Below, one piece after another: positions 63,509 through 64,000 of a stretch of DNA of 64,000 nucleotides. The first letter of the stretch is position 1. Each line of letters opens with the position of its first letter. A program made the translations under genes and the position numbers. Source of the DNA: Candidatus Bathyarchaeota archaeon. Lineage in GTDB: Archaea; Thermoproteota; Bathyarchaeia; Bathyarchaeales; Bathycorpusculaceae. Location: positions 64,001 through 128,000 of the forward strand of contig CAVRFW010000013.1 of NCBI GenBank assembly GCA_963720565.1, read 5' to 3'. Below the pieces are notes generated by a model. It was not told the DNA's origin. It was given only the letters and a program-made list of their open reading frames with translations, and made no database searches.

Positions 63509-64000
63509 CTAAGCACTATACTCAAACCTGCGGGTTTTTCCGGTTACATAATCCAAAACTTCACTGCTCTCAGTCTTGATGCTGAACCTTCGAGCAAAGA
63601 ACTTTAACACACAATTCACGTCTCGCGCTAGCAACTCCTTAGCGTTCGGATGATCCGTACGCACAGCCTGAGGCCAGTCAATAATCAAGATTTTCATATT
63701 GGGTTCAACGATAATATTGTACTCGCTTAGGTCTGCATGAACCACCCCTGCTTTTATGTAAGCTTTGCGCACGTTCAACATCACCTGCCTCAAGACCCTC
63801 GCTGGCGTAACGAGTTTTTTCCAGCGCGTCAGCTCTCCGCCTTCGATCATGCCCATCACAACCACATGGCGATTCTGGCTTAAAGGCTCAGGTACTGCAA
63901 CTCCTACGCTATAGACGAGTCTCATGACGTCATACTCTTTCTCCGCAGCCACACGCGACTGAAAAAGCCAACTCGCGTGCTCAGCAACATAGCCGCGTTT
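63509..64000 (-). CDS. RIO2-type serine kinase, 5'-partial
   Basis: SWLFQSRVAAEKEY, VPEP, NRHVVVM, VHADLSEYNI, IIDWPQ. Confidence 0.9.
   Translation of the reverse strand, partial: KRGYVAEHASWLFQSRVAAEKEYDVMRLVYSVGVAVPEPLSQNRHVVVMGMIEGGELTRWKKLVTPARVLRQVMLNVRKAYIKAGVVHADLSEYNIIVEPNMKILIIDWPQAVRTDHPNAKELLARDVNCVLKFFARRFSIKTESSEVLDYVTGKTRRFEYSA

Overview
This is an archaeal chromosomal segment. The evidence is TBP, aRF1, pelota, archaeal TyrRS, RIO2 and an archaeal-type RNase P RNA. The gene repertoire (PQQ-propeller surface proteins, characteristic tyrosine integrases, methanofuran genes) fits Bathyarchaeia; that assignment is inferred, not searched. About a dozen genes are split by single-base frameshifts, most likely long-read assembly indels. 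Main content: (i) a C1-cofactor region (moaA, a CitG/Orf7 homologue, three paralogous pol-beta-fold nucleotidyltransferases, HisA-like Orf17, mfnB-A-D-F-E); (ii) informational genes (pelota, a second N-terminally truncated pelota-like gene, TBP, TtuA/Ncs6, AK6, aRF1, SelB-like, TyrRS, tRNA-His, RNase P RNA); (iii) a ~5.7 kb decayed integrative element bounded by a 32-bp direct repeat of the 3' end of the RNase P RNA gene, carrying integrase remnants and surface-protein cargo; (iv) an MrfB/MrfA-like exonuclease-helicase pair, transporters and several unannotated small proteins. The two strongest leads are integration into rnpB and the CitG plus triple-nucleotidyltransferase module as candidate missing methanopterin-tail enzymes.
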